A stretch of 64,000 nt of DNA. Source: an uncultured bacterium. GTDB taxonomy: Bacteria; CSSED10-310; CAZUFC01. Under the pieces are notes generated by a model. It did no database searches. It was given only the letters and a program-made list of their open reading frames with translations, and was not told where the DNA came from. The stretch lies in the NCBI GenBank assembly GCA_964619725.1, contig CAZUFC010000038.1, forward strand, positions 1 to 64,000. The letters are read 5' to 3'. A program made the position numbers and the translations under genes. Shown here one piece after another: positions 30,347-40,906 of this stretch; positions within the stretch are counted from its first letter, which is position 1, and every line of letters begins with the position of its first letter.

Positions 30347-33300
30347 ATGAAGGATTCGAAGGTAGTAATTTTTCTGATGTATCTGGCCGTCGGCTGTTTA
30401 TTATCGGCGTCCGTGCAAGCTGCGACGGAAGTGACAGGGGACATAACAGGCAACACGAATTGGTCTTTAGGCGGCAGTCCCTATTGGGTCAGGGCAGTAG
30501 TGACCATTCAAAGCGGGGTGACGTTGACGATCGATCCGGGTGTAGTAGTGAAAATGGAAACGACGAACCCGTATAGCGGCGACAAGCGTCAATTGATCGT
30601 GAATGGAACGCTGAGTTTGCCTTCATCGGGATCACCGGTAATTTTCACGTCGGACCAGGACGATGACGCTGACGGAATCGACGTCACGGGAAACGGTTAT
30701 ACTGCGGGCAGTCCCGGTGAATGGGGTTATATTAAGTATAACTCATCAGGCAATTTTCTCCAGAACGCCGAGATTCGATATGGAGGCATAGGGAGAAAAA
30801 ATCACAATAATCCATATGATCTTTATCAGGTATGGGTCAACGGAGTAACGGTCCATATCCAGGACTGCGAATTAAGAGATTGCTATCAGACGGCAATATA
30901 TTATGTCGCTCCAGCGGGCCCCTCATCCCCTCTGATTGCTGATAACGTGATTACTGACTCTCCACAGGGAATAAATTTTGTAGCGCATGCCAACTTCCTG
31001 GCATCTCCGGATTTTAATGACAATAATGTAACTGCTGCGACGTTCGGCATAAAGGTTCAAGGGACGTCGAACGTCCCGCCTGTTGTAGACATGAACGGAA
31101 ACATAGTAACGAGTCCTGACGGAACGGGGATCGGAATTCATCTGATATATCCCGATGCTTCTTCTACTTTAATAAACAACAGCATAACGGGCGTTCAGTA
31201 TGGACTGGTGAACGACAACGGGTCTCCCACGGTAAACAACAACTCTTTTACGGCCAATACGGAGTTTCCTCTATCCCAGTTGAATACATCGTTTCCTAAT
31301 TACAGCGGCAATACGATAACGGGGAACGAAAAACAGGCGATAAGAGTCAACGGCACAATTTCTACTAACGGCGTATGGTCCATCATTCAGGGACTAGGCA
31401 TTCCCTACCACGTGGAAGACGGCAGTATAACGATTGAAAGCGGGGCAACGTTGACCGTCAATCCTGGCGTGGTTGTAAAATTCGAAACCACAAATCCTTA
31501 TACAGACGACAAGAATTCCATTCACATTCAAGGAACATTAGCGCTTCCGGCTTCGGGAAACCGCGTATACTTCACGTCTGACCGGGACGACTGGGTAGGG
31601 GGCGATTCCAACGGCGACGGAGCCCAGACAGCGCCGGCGCCCGGCGATTGGGGATATCTCAGGTATTATTCCGCCAATGTGTTGAGGAATTCGGAGGTCC
31701 GTTACGGCGGTATTGGAAGGAATAATCACAATAATCCGTATGACAGATATCTGGTTTGGATGGACAATGTAATAGTGAATATCGACAATTGTACGATTAA
31801 AGAGGCGTATGAAACCGGCGTTTATTATAACGTCTATCTGACGCCGGATTCATCGCCCGTCATATCGAACAATACCATCAGCGACACTCCTTACGGGATC
31901 GATATGATTTCTTCACAGAATTTTCATACGAATCCTACGTTGTCGAACAACACGATATCGTCGGAAACGATATGTTTTCGTCTGACCGGCGATGTCGACA
32001 TTCCGCCTGTTTTGACTTATACTGGGAATACGACCACCAGTGCGGCAGGAACGGGAACCGGCGTTTACCTGATATATCCGCACGCGAATTCAGCTTTGTC
32101 GGGCAACACCTTCGACGACAATCAATATGGTTTGATTGTGGACGACGGGTCTCCATCAGTAACGAATAATTCCTTCATCAATCAGACGGAATTTCCTTTA
32201 ACCCAGATTGATACTTCTTTCCCGTCGTATAGCGGAAATACGTTCACCGGTAATTACAAACAGGCCATTCGGGTCAATGGAACCATTTCGGAAAACGGAA
32301 CATGGCCTGATGTACAGAACTTGGGTTTACCCTATCATGTTGAGGACGGCTGCGTAACCATAGACGATGGAGTGACTTTGACCGTCAACAACGGCGTCGT
32401 CATAAAATTCGAACAAACTTATCCATATACAGGGGAATTAAATTCGATGCATATTTACGGAACTCTGGAATTGCCGGCATCTGGCGCATCCGTCTTCTTT
32501 ACTTCCGACAGGGACGATACGGTGGGCGGGGATTCCAACGGCGACGGCATGACTACGCTGCCGGCTGCAGGCGATTGGGGTTACTTGAGATATTACTCCG
32601 CTAATATCCTGATAAATTCAAAACTGCGCTACGGGGGCATTGGCAGGACCAATCATAATAATGCGTATGATAAATACATGGTATGGGCGGATAACGCAGA
32701 CGTCGACATCATCGACTGCGAATTGAAGCACGCATATTTAACCAGTATCTACTATTACGCGAGACTAACCCCTGCCCTGACGCCCCAAATCCTGAACAAC
32801 GACATATCTTTAACGCCCAACGGTATTTATATGACTACTTCGGAAGGTTACCTGACCGCTCCCAACATTGTTGAGAATACAATATCCGCGACTGATTTCG
32901 GCTTCAAGATGGAAGGCGACGTCGATATCCCGCCGCTGTTGTCTTTTACCGACAACTACATCACAAGTCCCGAAGGCACGGGAACAGGCGCGTGGCTGAT
33001 TTATCCGGATGACGGCACGACGCTCACCGACAATACATTCTATTTCGTCCATTATGGATTAGTCGTAGACAACGGTTCACCGACCCTGGGAGGCAACAGT
33101 TTCATTGAGAATCAGGAATTTCCGGTTTCTCAGATTAATACAAGTTTTCCGACATACAGCGACAATTTTTTCGTGGATAACGTGAAACAGGCGATTCGGG
33201 TAACGGGAACCATCTCATCCAGCGGAACCTGGCCTGACGTTCAGGGGCTGGGACTTCCCTATCACGTGGAAGACGGCAGCTTGACCATAGCGTCGGGAGC

Positions 33301-36300
33301 CGTCCTCAACGTGAATGCCGGCATAATAATAAAATGTGAAGCCACCTACCCTTATACCGGAAACAAAAATTCTATTTTAGTAGACGGCGTGTTCAACTCG
33401 CTCGGAACCGCCTGGGATAAGGTCTATATTACCTCCGACAGGGACGATACGATCGGCGGCGATTCCAACGGCGACGGAACTGCGACGAGTCCGGTCGGCG
33501 GCGACTGGGGTTACCTGAAAATCAATAATGGAAATAATGAACTGACGCATCTGCACATTCGTTACGGCGGCGTAGGACGTAATAATCACAATAATCCGTA
33601 TGATAGATACATGGTATGGATCGATAAAGAATCAATCGACATCAGGCATTGCACGATAAGCAACGCTTATGACAGGGGACTGTACTACGTGGCGGACGAT
33701 ACCGACGATTCGACCGTTAATTTGTATCACAATAAATTTTTGAATTCTCCATACGCTGTATATTTTTACGGTTGCTCTGTTTTTGAAACGGACACTCATA
33801 TAATCTACAATTACTTTGAAGCAGGACCAGGCAACACCAATCTTTATATAACGGAGGTTGCGGGCACGTCGACCGTGAATTACAATTCTTTCTTCAATAG
33901 CGCATACGGAATCTATGCAGATGGAGGAGTTGGAGCTTTTCACTTCGATAATTGCAACATAAGCAATAATTCGACTAACGGGGTCCGTAATGCAGAAGCG
34001 CCCTGCATAGTCGGCGACTATTGCTGGTGGGGACATTCGACGGGACCTTTCGACAACCAGACCGGGGCCGGCGCCTGCGACGGTACGAACGGCGGATCGG
34101 GAGACTCGGTTACCGAATATGTGGATTATCACGACTGGGTTTCGACGCCTATCCCTATCGGACTGCTGGATTGTTCGAATATGGCGAATATTCCGTGCAA
34201 TTCCGGTCTTCAATTCCAGACCAACGACGCCGGTCAGTCGGATGTCGACACATACGGATGTCATACTGAGGATTATTCAGGCAAAGAAATGGTCTACTAC
34301 GTAGATACGACTTCAACGGGAAGTCTCGTCGCTCACCTGAACCCAATTTACGGCGATCCGGACGTATTCATTCTCGATGCCTGCAGCGAAGAAAACTGCC
34401 TGGCTTACGGCGATTACGATGCCATATTGGCAAGCGTTACTCCGGGGAGGTACTACATCGTTGTTGACTGCGCTCAGGACCCGGCTTATTACGATATTTA
34501 CGTCTATTGCGGAGGCGCTACGCCGACTCATACAGCCACACCCTCTCCCCTTCCGACGAATACGCCGATTCCCCAACTGGATTGCTCATCACCTGTCCAT
34601 TTAAACTGCTGGACGCCCTATGCCGGAGACACAACAGGCGGCGATACGAACGTCTCGCAATATAATTGCGTAGGATTCGACTTTTCGGGTCCTGAAGTAG
34701 TCCATACTATAGATATCAGCGAGGATTATATGGATATTTCGTTAAGTTCAAGCGCCGCCTTATTCGTTATGGTTCTGGATGCTTGTAATGAGAACGCATG
34801 TATCGCTTTCGGCAATGGTAATTTCTCTGTGGAAGAGCTGACTGCAGGAATGTATTATTTAGTCGTCGACGGTATTATGGGCGCTGCAGGGACATATACG
34901 CTGGATGTACACTGCAATCCCGGGGGAACGCCTGCAGCGACGGCGACGCCCACGGCTACACCCACATTGTCGCCGACGACCGCAAGCACGTACACGCCGA
35001 CGCCGACGCCGACCTTGAGTCCCACTTCGACAATCAGTCATTCGCCCACCATAACGCCTACGTTTACGGCCATTCCAACGGAAACGCCTATACCTCAGAC
35101 CAACTGCGGTTGGAACGACGACTGGCAGGATTACGCCTGCGGACCTACGGGACTCAACGGCGAAGACTTCATCACCTTTTTCGTCGTTCATCAGACCTGC
35201 GACGTCACCATTTCAATCAATAACGTCACTCCGCAAAACTATGATCCCGTTCTGCTGCTGATGGACGGTCCCGGACCGGAATACTGCATAGCCTATGCCG
35301 ACGATCACGGTGAAGCCGAAGGTGAAACAATAACTATGGAGGCCATGGAGCCTGGATTCTACTACGCAGCAGTCGATTCTTACCAGGATTGCGGATTCTG
35401 GTACATTTCGCTTACTATGGACAATTGCCTGACTCCAACGCCGATACCGACTGAAACGCCGATACCGCAAACCAATTGCGGATGGTATGATGACTGGCAG
35501 AATTACGCCTGCGGTATGTTCGATCTTTTCGGTGAGGATTTTATCACGTTTTTCGTCGTCCAGCAGGTATGCGACGTAACCATCGCCATCGAGAACGTCA
35601 CTCCCGGCGATTACGATCCCGTTCTGCTCCTCCTTGACGGCCCTGATCCGCTCTATTGTTTCGCTTATGCCGATGACAACGGCGCGGGAGCAGGAGAAAG
35701 CATTACCGTCCCAGGCATGGAACCGGGCAACTACTATGCTGTGGTAGACTCGGAAGAGGATTGCGGATACTGGAATCTTTCTTATTCCCTCAATAATTGC
35801 CTGACCCCTACACCGTCACCGACGCCCCCCGACACCCCCACGCCGAATCCTCAAACCAACTGCGGATGGCTCGATGATTACCAGGATTACGGATGCGGCA
35901 TCTCCGGACTCAATGGAGAAGACCTGGGTATAGTTTTTAATAACTACCAGTACTGCGACATTACCATCGAGATCGAAAACGTCACTCCTGGAGATTACGA
36001 TCCCATACTGCTCATCATGGACGGGCCGGGACCTGAAGACTGCTTCATCTACGCCGACGAAAACGGCGATGCCCAGGGCGAAACCATTATGATTACCGGT
36101 CTGGAACCCGGAACTTACTATGCAGTCGTTGATTCCTATGAAAGTTGCGGATATTTTAACTTCCGAGTCACCTATGACAACTGTCAACCCTACTCGCCTA
36201 CGCCGACACTAACGCCGACACAGGTCCTTACGCCGACCAGCGTCCCCACTCATGTCTGCTCCACAATTCTGGTCCCGCAGGATCACCAGACGATACAGGA

Positions 36301-37558
36301 AGCCATTCATGCCGCGCTCGATTGCGATACTGTGCTGATAGACGATGGAACCTACACAGGCGATAGGAATAAAAACCTTGATCTCATGGGCAAGGCGATA
36401 ACCCTCACGTCGGTCAACGGACGGGAAAACTGCATCATAGATTGTGAGAATGACGGCAGAGGCTTCATTATATTCAGGGGGGAAGGGAACGATTCAATCA
36501 TCAGCGGTCTCACTGTCCAAAACTGCAACGCCACATACGGAGCAGGCATTTACATTCAGAATTCATCCCCTGCCATTCTGGAATGTACAGTGAAATCGTG
36601 CACTTGCGATTCCGACGGCAGCGGTATTTACTGCTCCAATACATCCTCGCCGGTCATCACGGATTGCATCATCACGGAAAATTCTGCCGGCGGTATGGGC
36701 GGAGGGCTCTACTGCAGGGATTTCTCCAATCCGACCATTACGAATACCGACATAACCTTGAACTCAGCCGAATTCGGCGGCGGCATCGAGAGCTACAGCG
36801 CTTCCCCGCACCTGATCGAATGCAATATAAGCGAAAACTACGGCGTTCACAACGGCGGCATCTTTTTCGACATCGGAGCCGGCTGCGTACTGGAAAATTG
36901 CACCATCGCTTATAACTCCTCCATTGATCAGGGCGGAGGATTGCACATCATAAGCGATAACCCCGAAGCCCTCATTAAAAATTGCCTCATTATCGGCAAC
37001 GAAACCCAAAACTACGGAGGCGGCGTCGAGTGTTGGTATTCCTCTCCCACTTTCCTCAATTGCACTTTTACTGAAAATAGCGCACAGTTGAACGCAGGTG
37101 CCCTTAATTGCATGAATGCATCCCCGACAGTCAAAAATTGCATTTTCTGGAACAATTTTCCCAATGAAGTCGAAACTTCAGGGCAATCCGACATTGATAT
37201 GACTTATTCTAACGTGCAGGGAGGATTCGAAGGCGAAGGAAATATGAATCAGGACCCCATGTTCGTAGACCCGGTAAACGGTGATTATCATCTTCAGTCC
37301 ACTGTAGGAAGTTATCACAACGGGACATGGGAAACGGACGAAAACTGCTCCCCCTGCATAGACGCCGGAAACCCCGGGGATGCCTGCGACTGCGAACCAC
37401 TGCCGAATGGAGGCATCATCAATATAGGCGCTTACGGTAATACCGAACAGGCCTCAAATGCTTGTTCCAGAGATATCCCGACTCTTTCCCTGTTCGGTAT
37501 CCTTTTGCTTGTCCTGACGATCGGATTCCTGACCATGAAAAAAGGCAACAAAATGTAA
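30347..37558 (+). CDS. Giant secreted right-handed beta-helix repeat protein with PPC-like Cys-containing domains, a Pmp-like beta-helix and an IPTL-CTERM tail
   Basis: GGAGGAGG before ATG 30347; signal peptide; four modules with TSD.DD..GGDSNGDG...GDWGY and YGG.GR.NHNN.YD; Thr/Pro linkers; TIQEAI...GTY.G..N, SPCIDAG, INIGAYG; C-terminus DIPTLSLFG-hydrophobic helix-KKGNKM. Confidence 0.9.
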   Translation: MKDSKVVIFLMYLAVGCLLSASVQAATEVTGDITGNTNWSLGGSPYWVRAVVTIQSGVTLTIDPGVVVKMETTNPYSGDKRQLIVNGTLSLPSSGSPVIFTSDQDDDADGIDVTGNGYTAGSPGEWGYIKYNSSGNFLQNAEIRYGGIGRKNHNNPYDLYQVWVNGVTVHIQDCELRDCYQTAIYYVAPAGPSSPLIADNVITDSPQGINFVAHANFLASPDFNDNNVTAATFGIKVQGTSNVPPVVDMNGNIVTSPDGTGIGIHLIYPDASSTLINNSITGVQYGLVNDNGSPTVNNNSFTANTEFPLSQLNTSFPNYSGNTITGNEKQAIRVNGTISTNGVWSIIQGLGIPYHVEDGSITIESGATLTVNPGVVVKFETTNPYTDDKNSIHIQGTLALPASGNRVYFTSDRDDWVGGDSNGDGAQTAPAPGDWGYLRYYSANVLRNSEVRYGGIGRNNHNNPYDRYLVWMDNVIVNIDNCTIKEAYETGVYYNVYLTPDSSPVISNNTISDTPYGIDMISSQNFHTNPTLSNNTISSETICFRLTGDVDIPPVLTYTGNTTTSAAGTGTGVYLIYPHANSALSGNTFDDNQYGLIVDDGSPSVTNNSFINQTEFPLTQIDTSFPSYSGNTFTGNYKQAIRVNGTISENGTWPDVQNLGLPYHVEDGCVTIDDGVTLTVNNGVVIKFEQTYPYTGELNSMHIYGTLELPASGASVFFTSDRDDTVGGDSNGDGMTTLPAAGDWGYLRYYSANILINSKLRYGGIGRTNHNNAYDKYMVWADNADVDIIDCELKHAYLTSIYYYARLTPALTPQILNNDISLTPNGIYMTTSEGYLTAPNIVENTISATDFGFKMEGDVDIPPLLSFTDNYITSPEGTGTGAWLIYPDDGTTLTDNTFYFVHYGLVVDNGSPTLGGNSFIENQEFPVSQINTSFPTYSDNFFVDNVKQAIRVTGTISSSGTWPDVQGLGLPYHVEDGSLTIASGAVLNVNAGIIIKCEATYPYTGNKNSILVDGVFNSLGTAWDKVYITSDRDDTIGGDSNGDGTATSPVGGDWGYLKINNGNNELTHLHIRYGGVGRNNHNNPYDRYMVWIDKESIDIRHCTISNAYDRGLYYVADDTDDSTVNLYHNKFLNSPYAVYFYGCSVFETDTHIIYNYFEAGPGNTNLYITEVAGTSTVNYNSFFNSAYGIYADGGVGAFHFDNCNISNNSTNGVRNAEAPCIVGDYCWWGHSTGPFDNQTGAGACDGTNGGSGDSVTEYVDYHDWVSTPIPIGLLDCSNMANIPCNSGLQFQTNDAGQSDVDTYGCHTEDYSGKEMVYYVDTTSTGSLVAHLNPIYGDPDVFILDACSEENCLAYGDYDAILASVTPGRYYIVVDCAQDPAYYDIYVYCGGATPTHTATPSPLPTNTPIPQLDCSSPVHLNCWTPYAGDTTGGDTNVSQYNCVGFDFSGPEVVHTIDISEDYMDISLSSSAALFVMVLDACNENACIAFGNGNFSVEELTAGMYYLVVDGIMGAAGTYTLDVHCNPGGTPAATATPTATPTLSPTTASTYTPTPTPTLSPTSTISHSPTITPTFTAIPTETPIPQTNCGWNDDWQDYACGPTGLNGEDFITFFVVHQTCDVTISINNVTPQNYDPVLLLMDGPGPEYCIAYADDHGEAEGETITMEAMEPGFYYAAVDSYQDCGFWYISLTMDNCLTPTPIPTETPIPQTNCGWYDDWQNYACGMFDLFGEDFITFFVVQQVCDVTIAIENVTPGDYDPVLLLLDGPDPLYCFAYADDNGAGAGESITVPGMEPGNYYAVVDSEEDCGYWNLSYSLNNCLTPTPSPTPPDTPTPNPQTNCGWLDDYQDYGCGISGLNGEDLGIVFNNYQYCDITIEIENVTPGDYDPILLIMDGPGPEDCFIYADENGDAQGETIMITGLEPGTYYAVVDSYESCGYFNFRVTYDNCQPYSPTPTLTPTQVLTPTSVPTHVCSTILVPQDHQTIQEAIHAALDCDTVLIDDGTYTGDRNKNLDLMGKAITLTSVNGRENCIIDCENDGRGFIIFRGEGNDSIISGLTVQNCNATYGAGIYIQNSSPAILECTVKSCTCDSDGSGIYCSNTSSPVITDCIITENSAGGMGGGLYCRDFSNPTITNTDITLNSAEFGGGIESYSASPHLIECNISENYGVHNGGIFFDIGAGCVLENCTIAYNSSIDQGGGLHIISDNPEALIKNCLIIGNETQNYGGGVECWYSSPTFLNCTFTENSAQLNAGALNCMNASPTVKNCIFWNNFPNEVETSGQSDIDMTYSNVQGGFEGEGNMNQDPMFVDPVNGDYHLQSTVGSYHNGTWETDENCSPCIDAGNPGDACDCEPLPNGGIINIGAYGNTEQASNACSRDIPTLSLFGILLLVLTIGFLTMKKGNKM

Positions 37559-37680
37559 GATTGAATTACTTTTTGGACATAAACCCGCTCATATTAATGC
37601 GCCCGTTATTCCACCCATGGGAGGAAAAGGAGAGCTTCCTACGATTTTTGTGATCGTTTTCCGTGTTAAATAAAAAAACA

Positions 37681-38937
37681 TTACGGCGTCAGTTTAATAT
37701 CATCGAGCCGGACAAAAGGCAAAAAAATATATTCAACGCCCTCTTTTACTAGACTTTCATGAAAATTACGGTTGATGATATAAACTCTCTCAGGTCGGTA
37801 TTTCGACGCAAAACTGCGCATGGAACGGCTGATCCTGGGACGCCGGTATTCAGAATACTTTACCTCAACAGGAATGAACCGACTCCCGAAATCAAGCACA
37901 AAATCGACTTCCGCTCCCTCTGTCGTCCTCCAGTAACTTATTTTTCCACCTCCGTAACTCATCGATTCCTTCAGCTTGTGGAAAACTAAATTCTCAAATA
38001 AAAAACCGAACATCCCCGGCGTTTCTATATGACCGAATAATCCTAATGCATGGTTTCGCAATCCCAGATCGTAAAAATAATAAACAGGAGATTTCCGGAT
38101 TTCCTTGCGGACGTTCCTGAAAAAAGGCCTTATTTTATGCAGGATAAATGTTTTTTGAGCATACCACAGATACTTTCTGACTGTTTGAAGAGATAGCCCT
38201 GAAGTTCGCGACAACTCTGAATAATTCACCGGATTGCCCGCCTGATCCGCAGTTATCCTTATTAAATCACTGAAAATGTAACTCTTTTCTGCTCCCAGGA
38301 AATATCCTATATCCTTCTCCAGATAACTCGAAAATATCTCATCGATTATTTTCCTCTTCTCTTCCGCCTTCTCTTCCGTTATGACTCTGGGATATCCCCC
38401 GAAATTCATATATTTCCGTATGAGCGACACGGTCTTTTCTCGCTCAATTTGAAAAAATTCATCAAGACGTCCCTCATAGCGATATCCGGTACAATAATCA
38501 ATGAATTCTTCAAACGATACAGGAGCAAGACGAAATATCCTCTTCCGGCCCACAAGCGATTCATGAAGATTCTCCTTTAACTCCAGGCTGCCGGAACCGG
38601 AAACGATAAACTTATAAGGCAATTCCAGATCAAATAATCCCTTAAAAAATAACCCCGCATCTTTTTTCCTCTGCACCTCGTCAATAAAAACAAATCCCGA
38701 ATGACTACCCAATTCGAGGCGCAGCTTATCGATCAAAGCCTCCTGAGATCGAAAAAACGGTCGATCTCTTTCAAAATCAAGGCTGAGGAAAACGCAACCT
38801 TCGTTTCGCTTTTCCAGATAATCCTTCAGTTGCTTCATCAACGTGGTTTTGCCGACCTGCCGGGGACCCATCACCATGGATATTTCTTTTTGCTTCAGAT
38901 GTTTTTTTATTTCTTGGAAAAGTTGTCTCTTAATCAT
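37681..38937 (-). CDS. AAA_14 ATPase with C-terminal DUF4143-like domain
   Basis: GPRQVGKTT, FIDEVQ, VSGS, ESLVGR, GGYP, YFYDLGL, FEN, YWRT..GAEVDF, PVEVK. Confidence 0.9.
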   Translation of the reverse strand: MIKRQLFQEIKKHLKQKEISMVMGPRQVGKTTLMKQLKDYLEKRNEGCVFLSLDFERDRPFFRSQEALIDKLRLELGSHSGFVFIDEVQRKKDAGLFFKGLFDLELPYKFIVSGSGSLELKENLHESLVGRKRIFRLAPVSFEEFIDYCTGYRYEGRLDEFFQIEREKTVSLIRKYMNFGGYPRVITEEKAEEKRKIIDEIFSSYLEKDIGYFLGAEKSYIFSDLIRITADQAGNPVNYSELSRTSGLSLQTVRKYLWYAQKTFILHKIRPFFRNVRKEIRKSPVYYFYDLGLRNHALGLFGHIETPGMFGFLFENLVFHKLKESMSYGGGKISYWRTTEGAEVDFVLDFGSRFIPVEVKYSEYRRPRISRSMRSFASKYRPERVYIINRNFHESLVKEGVEYIFLPFVRLDDIKLTP

Positions 38938-39052
38938 ATTTTCATTTTAAACCGATTATTTTCAAAGTCAAGTTAAAAAATTATCGGAATTTCCTTTAAT
39001 ATCTGGTGTGAAATGAAGTGGGTCATTAACTTTTGGCAATAAACCGTGAGTT

Positions 39053-40804
39053 TCACCTAAGCAGCATCAGTTTTTTCCTTACATCTTCCAGCATTCGTCT
39101 TGCTTTCTGGTCGTCAGGGTTGATTTTCAGGGCCCAGTTCAATTCGAATTCCGCATTGGGATAGTCTTCCAGCGCGATGTATGCGGCGGCCAAATGAACA
39201 TGAAATTGCGGTATGTATGCTTTAGTCGACAGGAGTAATCTGAAGTTTTCAACGGCTCTCCGGAAATGGATCACGGCTTTTTCGTGATTTCCTTGTAATT
39301 TTGTGCGTTCGCCCAGTTCGAGAAACAGCATGCCTTCATGGAGAGCGGCTTTCCATTCGTGATGGGGCAGTCCGTTTTCTTTGCAGAATTCATAGGCTTC
39401 GATCGCTTTTTCAATGTTGCCGTCACGATAATAAATCGGCGCCAGGGCGAGATGGGCATCGAAAACGTTTTTTTCCAGCCTGACTGCCTTTTCAAGATAA
39501 TGTTTCGCTCGATCCAGTTTGCCGCTCTTATATAGCTCCAGCCCTATCAACATGTTGGCTTCAGCGCTTTCCGGGTTTGTTGCTGCTTCTTTCCGTTTCA
39601 GTATTAAATCGTTTTTCCAGTCGAAGTTACGGATATAAGTTCTGTATCCGAAGAGAATTGCGATGATCAGGACAACGCTGAACCATATTTGCCGTCGCTT
39701 GAATAATTTCTTCAAAAGTATCGGCAGCATGGCGGCAAAAGAGAATGAAGGAATAAACAGAAATCGTTCAGAAAACTGGTCTCTCAGGGTGATAAGTCCG
39801 CTTACCAGGAGTATGTTCATCAGGAAAAAGGTTAAAAGAAAAAACAACTTGCGCTCACGCCGGAAAGTCCGCCAAATCGAAAAGAAAAAAAGTCCGGAGA
39901 GGATAACCGCGAAGGCTCCCTGAGCTGAGAAAGGATAAGACAGGTCTGGGAGTTTCCATCTGATTTTCAAGTTAAGAGGTAAAAACAGAAGATCGATATA
40001 TTGGGCAATGGAATAAAGGACGTTCATTACGGGCGCTGTAAAGTGTCCCTGAGCGAATGAGTCTATGATTGTTGCGGAGGTTACGAAGTTGTTGTTGAAT
40101 TCCAGGGCCCAGTATCTTAGGGCATAGAAAACGGGTAGAGTTGAGAAGAAGAAAGTATAATTACGATAATTTTTTTGCAGAGCGTCCGGGAGATTTTTTT
40201 CGCGGCAGGACCAATCGTAGAGGATGACGGCAAAGGGTAGAGTTACGGCAGATTCCTTGGAAAGCAATGCCAGGAAGGCCGCGGCGATGGAGGAATAGAA
40301 AAATGTTTGTTTATCTGTTTTTTTGAATTTTATATAAAAGTAAAGGGATAAAAAATAAAATATGCCGCAGGCTACATCCGTCCGTCCGGCTATCCAGGTA
40401 ACGTTTTCGGTGTGAACGGGATGCACCGCGAAGATCAGCGCGGCCGAAAGAGGAATCAATGCCCCCTTAAAAAGAACCCCAGTCAGAAAAAAGAGGGTGA
40501 CGGATGCAGCGCTCATCAGGATTAAGTTAGTGAGATGAAAACCGAAGGGATTCAAATTCCATAAACGATAATCGATAATGTAAAGTATTGAAATAACAGG
40601 GCGGAAGTAAGGAGAGCCTTTTTCCGCGGGGGTGATCCACCAGAAATCCCTTATGAAATTTATATTTTTCTGCGGATCGTGCAGGTTCATGTTGCGGACT
40701 ATCAGGTCATTATCGTCCCAGACGAAATCGTTCTGCAAGGCGTTGAAGTAAACCGCGAAAACCGTCGCAATAATAAGCAAGACAGCAGCTTTTGAAAAAT
40801 TCAT
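39053..40804 (-). CDS. TMTC-like GT-C glycosyltransferase (putative protein O-glycosyltransferase) with C-terminal TPRs
   Basis: FVWDD, YFRP, GFHLTN, HPVHTENVTWIAGRTD, LLSKES, ERFLFIPS, RNFDWKN, then TPR helices. Confidence 0.85.
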   Translation of the reverse strand: MNFSKAAVLLIIATVFAVYFNALQNDFVWDDNDLIVRNMNLHDPQKNINFIRDFWWITPAEKGSPYFRPVISILYIIDYRLWNLNPFGFHLTNLILMSAASVTLFFLTGVLFKGALIPLSAALIFAVHPVHTENVTWIAGRTDVACGIFYFLSLYFYIKFKKTDKQTFFYSSIAAAFLALLSKESAVTLPFAVILYDWSCREKNLPDALQKNYRNYTFFFSTLPVFYALRYWALEFNNNFVTSATIIDSFAQGHFTAPVMNVLYSIAQYIDLLFLPLNLKIRWKLPDLSYPFSAQGAFAVILSGLFFFSIWRTFRRERKLFFLLTFFLMNILLVSGLITLRDQFSERFLFIPSFSFAAMLPILLKKLFKRRQIWFSVVLIIAILFGYRTYIRNFDWKNDLILKRKEAATNPESAEANMLIGLELYKSGKLDRAKHYLEKAVRLEKNVFDAHLALAPIYYRDGNIEKAIEAYEFCKENGLPHHEWKAALHEGMLFLELGERTKLQGNHEKAVIHFRRAVENFRLLLSTKAYIPQFHVHLAAAYIALEDYPNAEFELNWALKINPDDQKARRMLEDVRKKLMLLR

Positions 40805-40906
40805 AATCCCATCCGTTAATGATTTGAGGATTCCGCTGGTATGTTATTTCATATAAGTTCAGAATCACGCGTTATTTTTTTCGATTCCTTCATTAGAAGG
40901 CTCCCC

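Noticed and set aside
29970-36820. Diversity-generating retroelement TR/VR pair
   Set aside because: Mismatches are not adenine-specific, identity is low, there is a large deletion, and no reverse transcriptase is in the window
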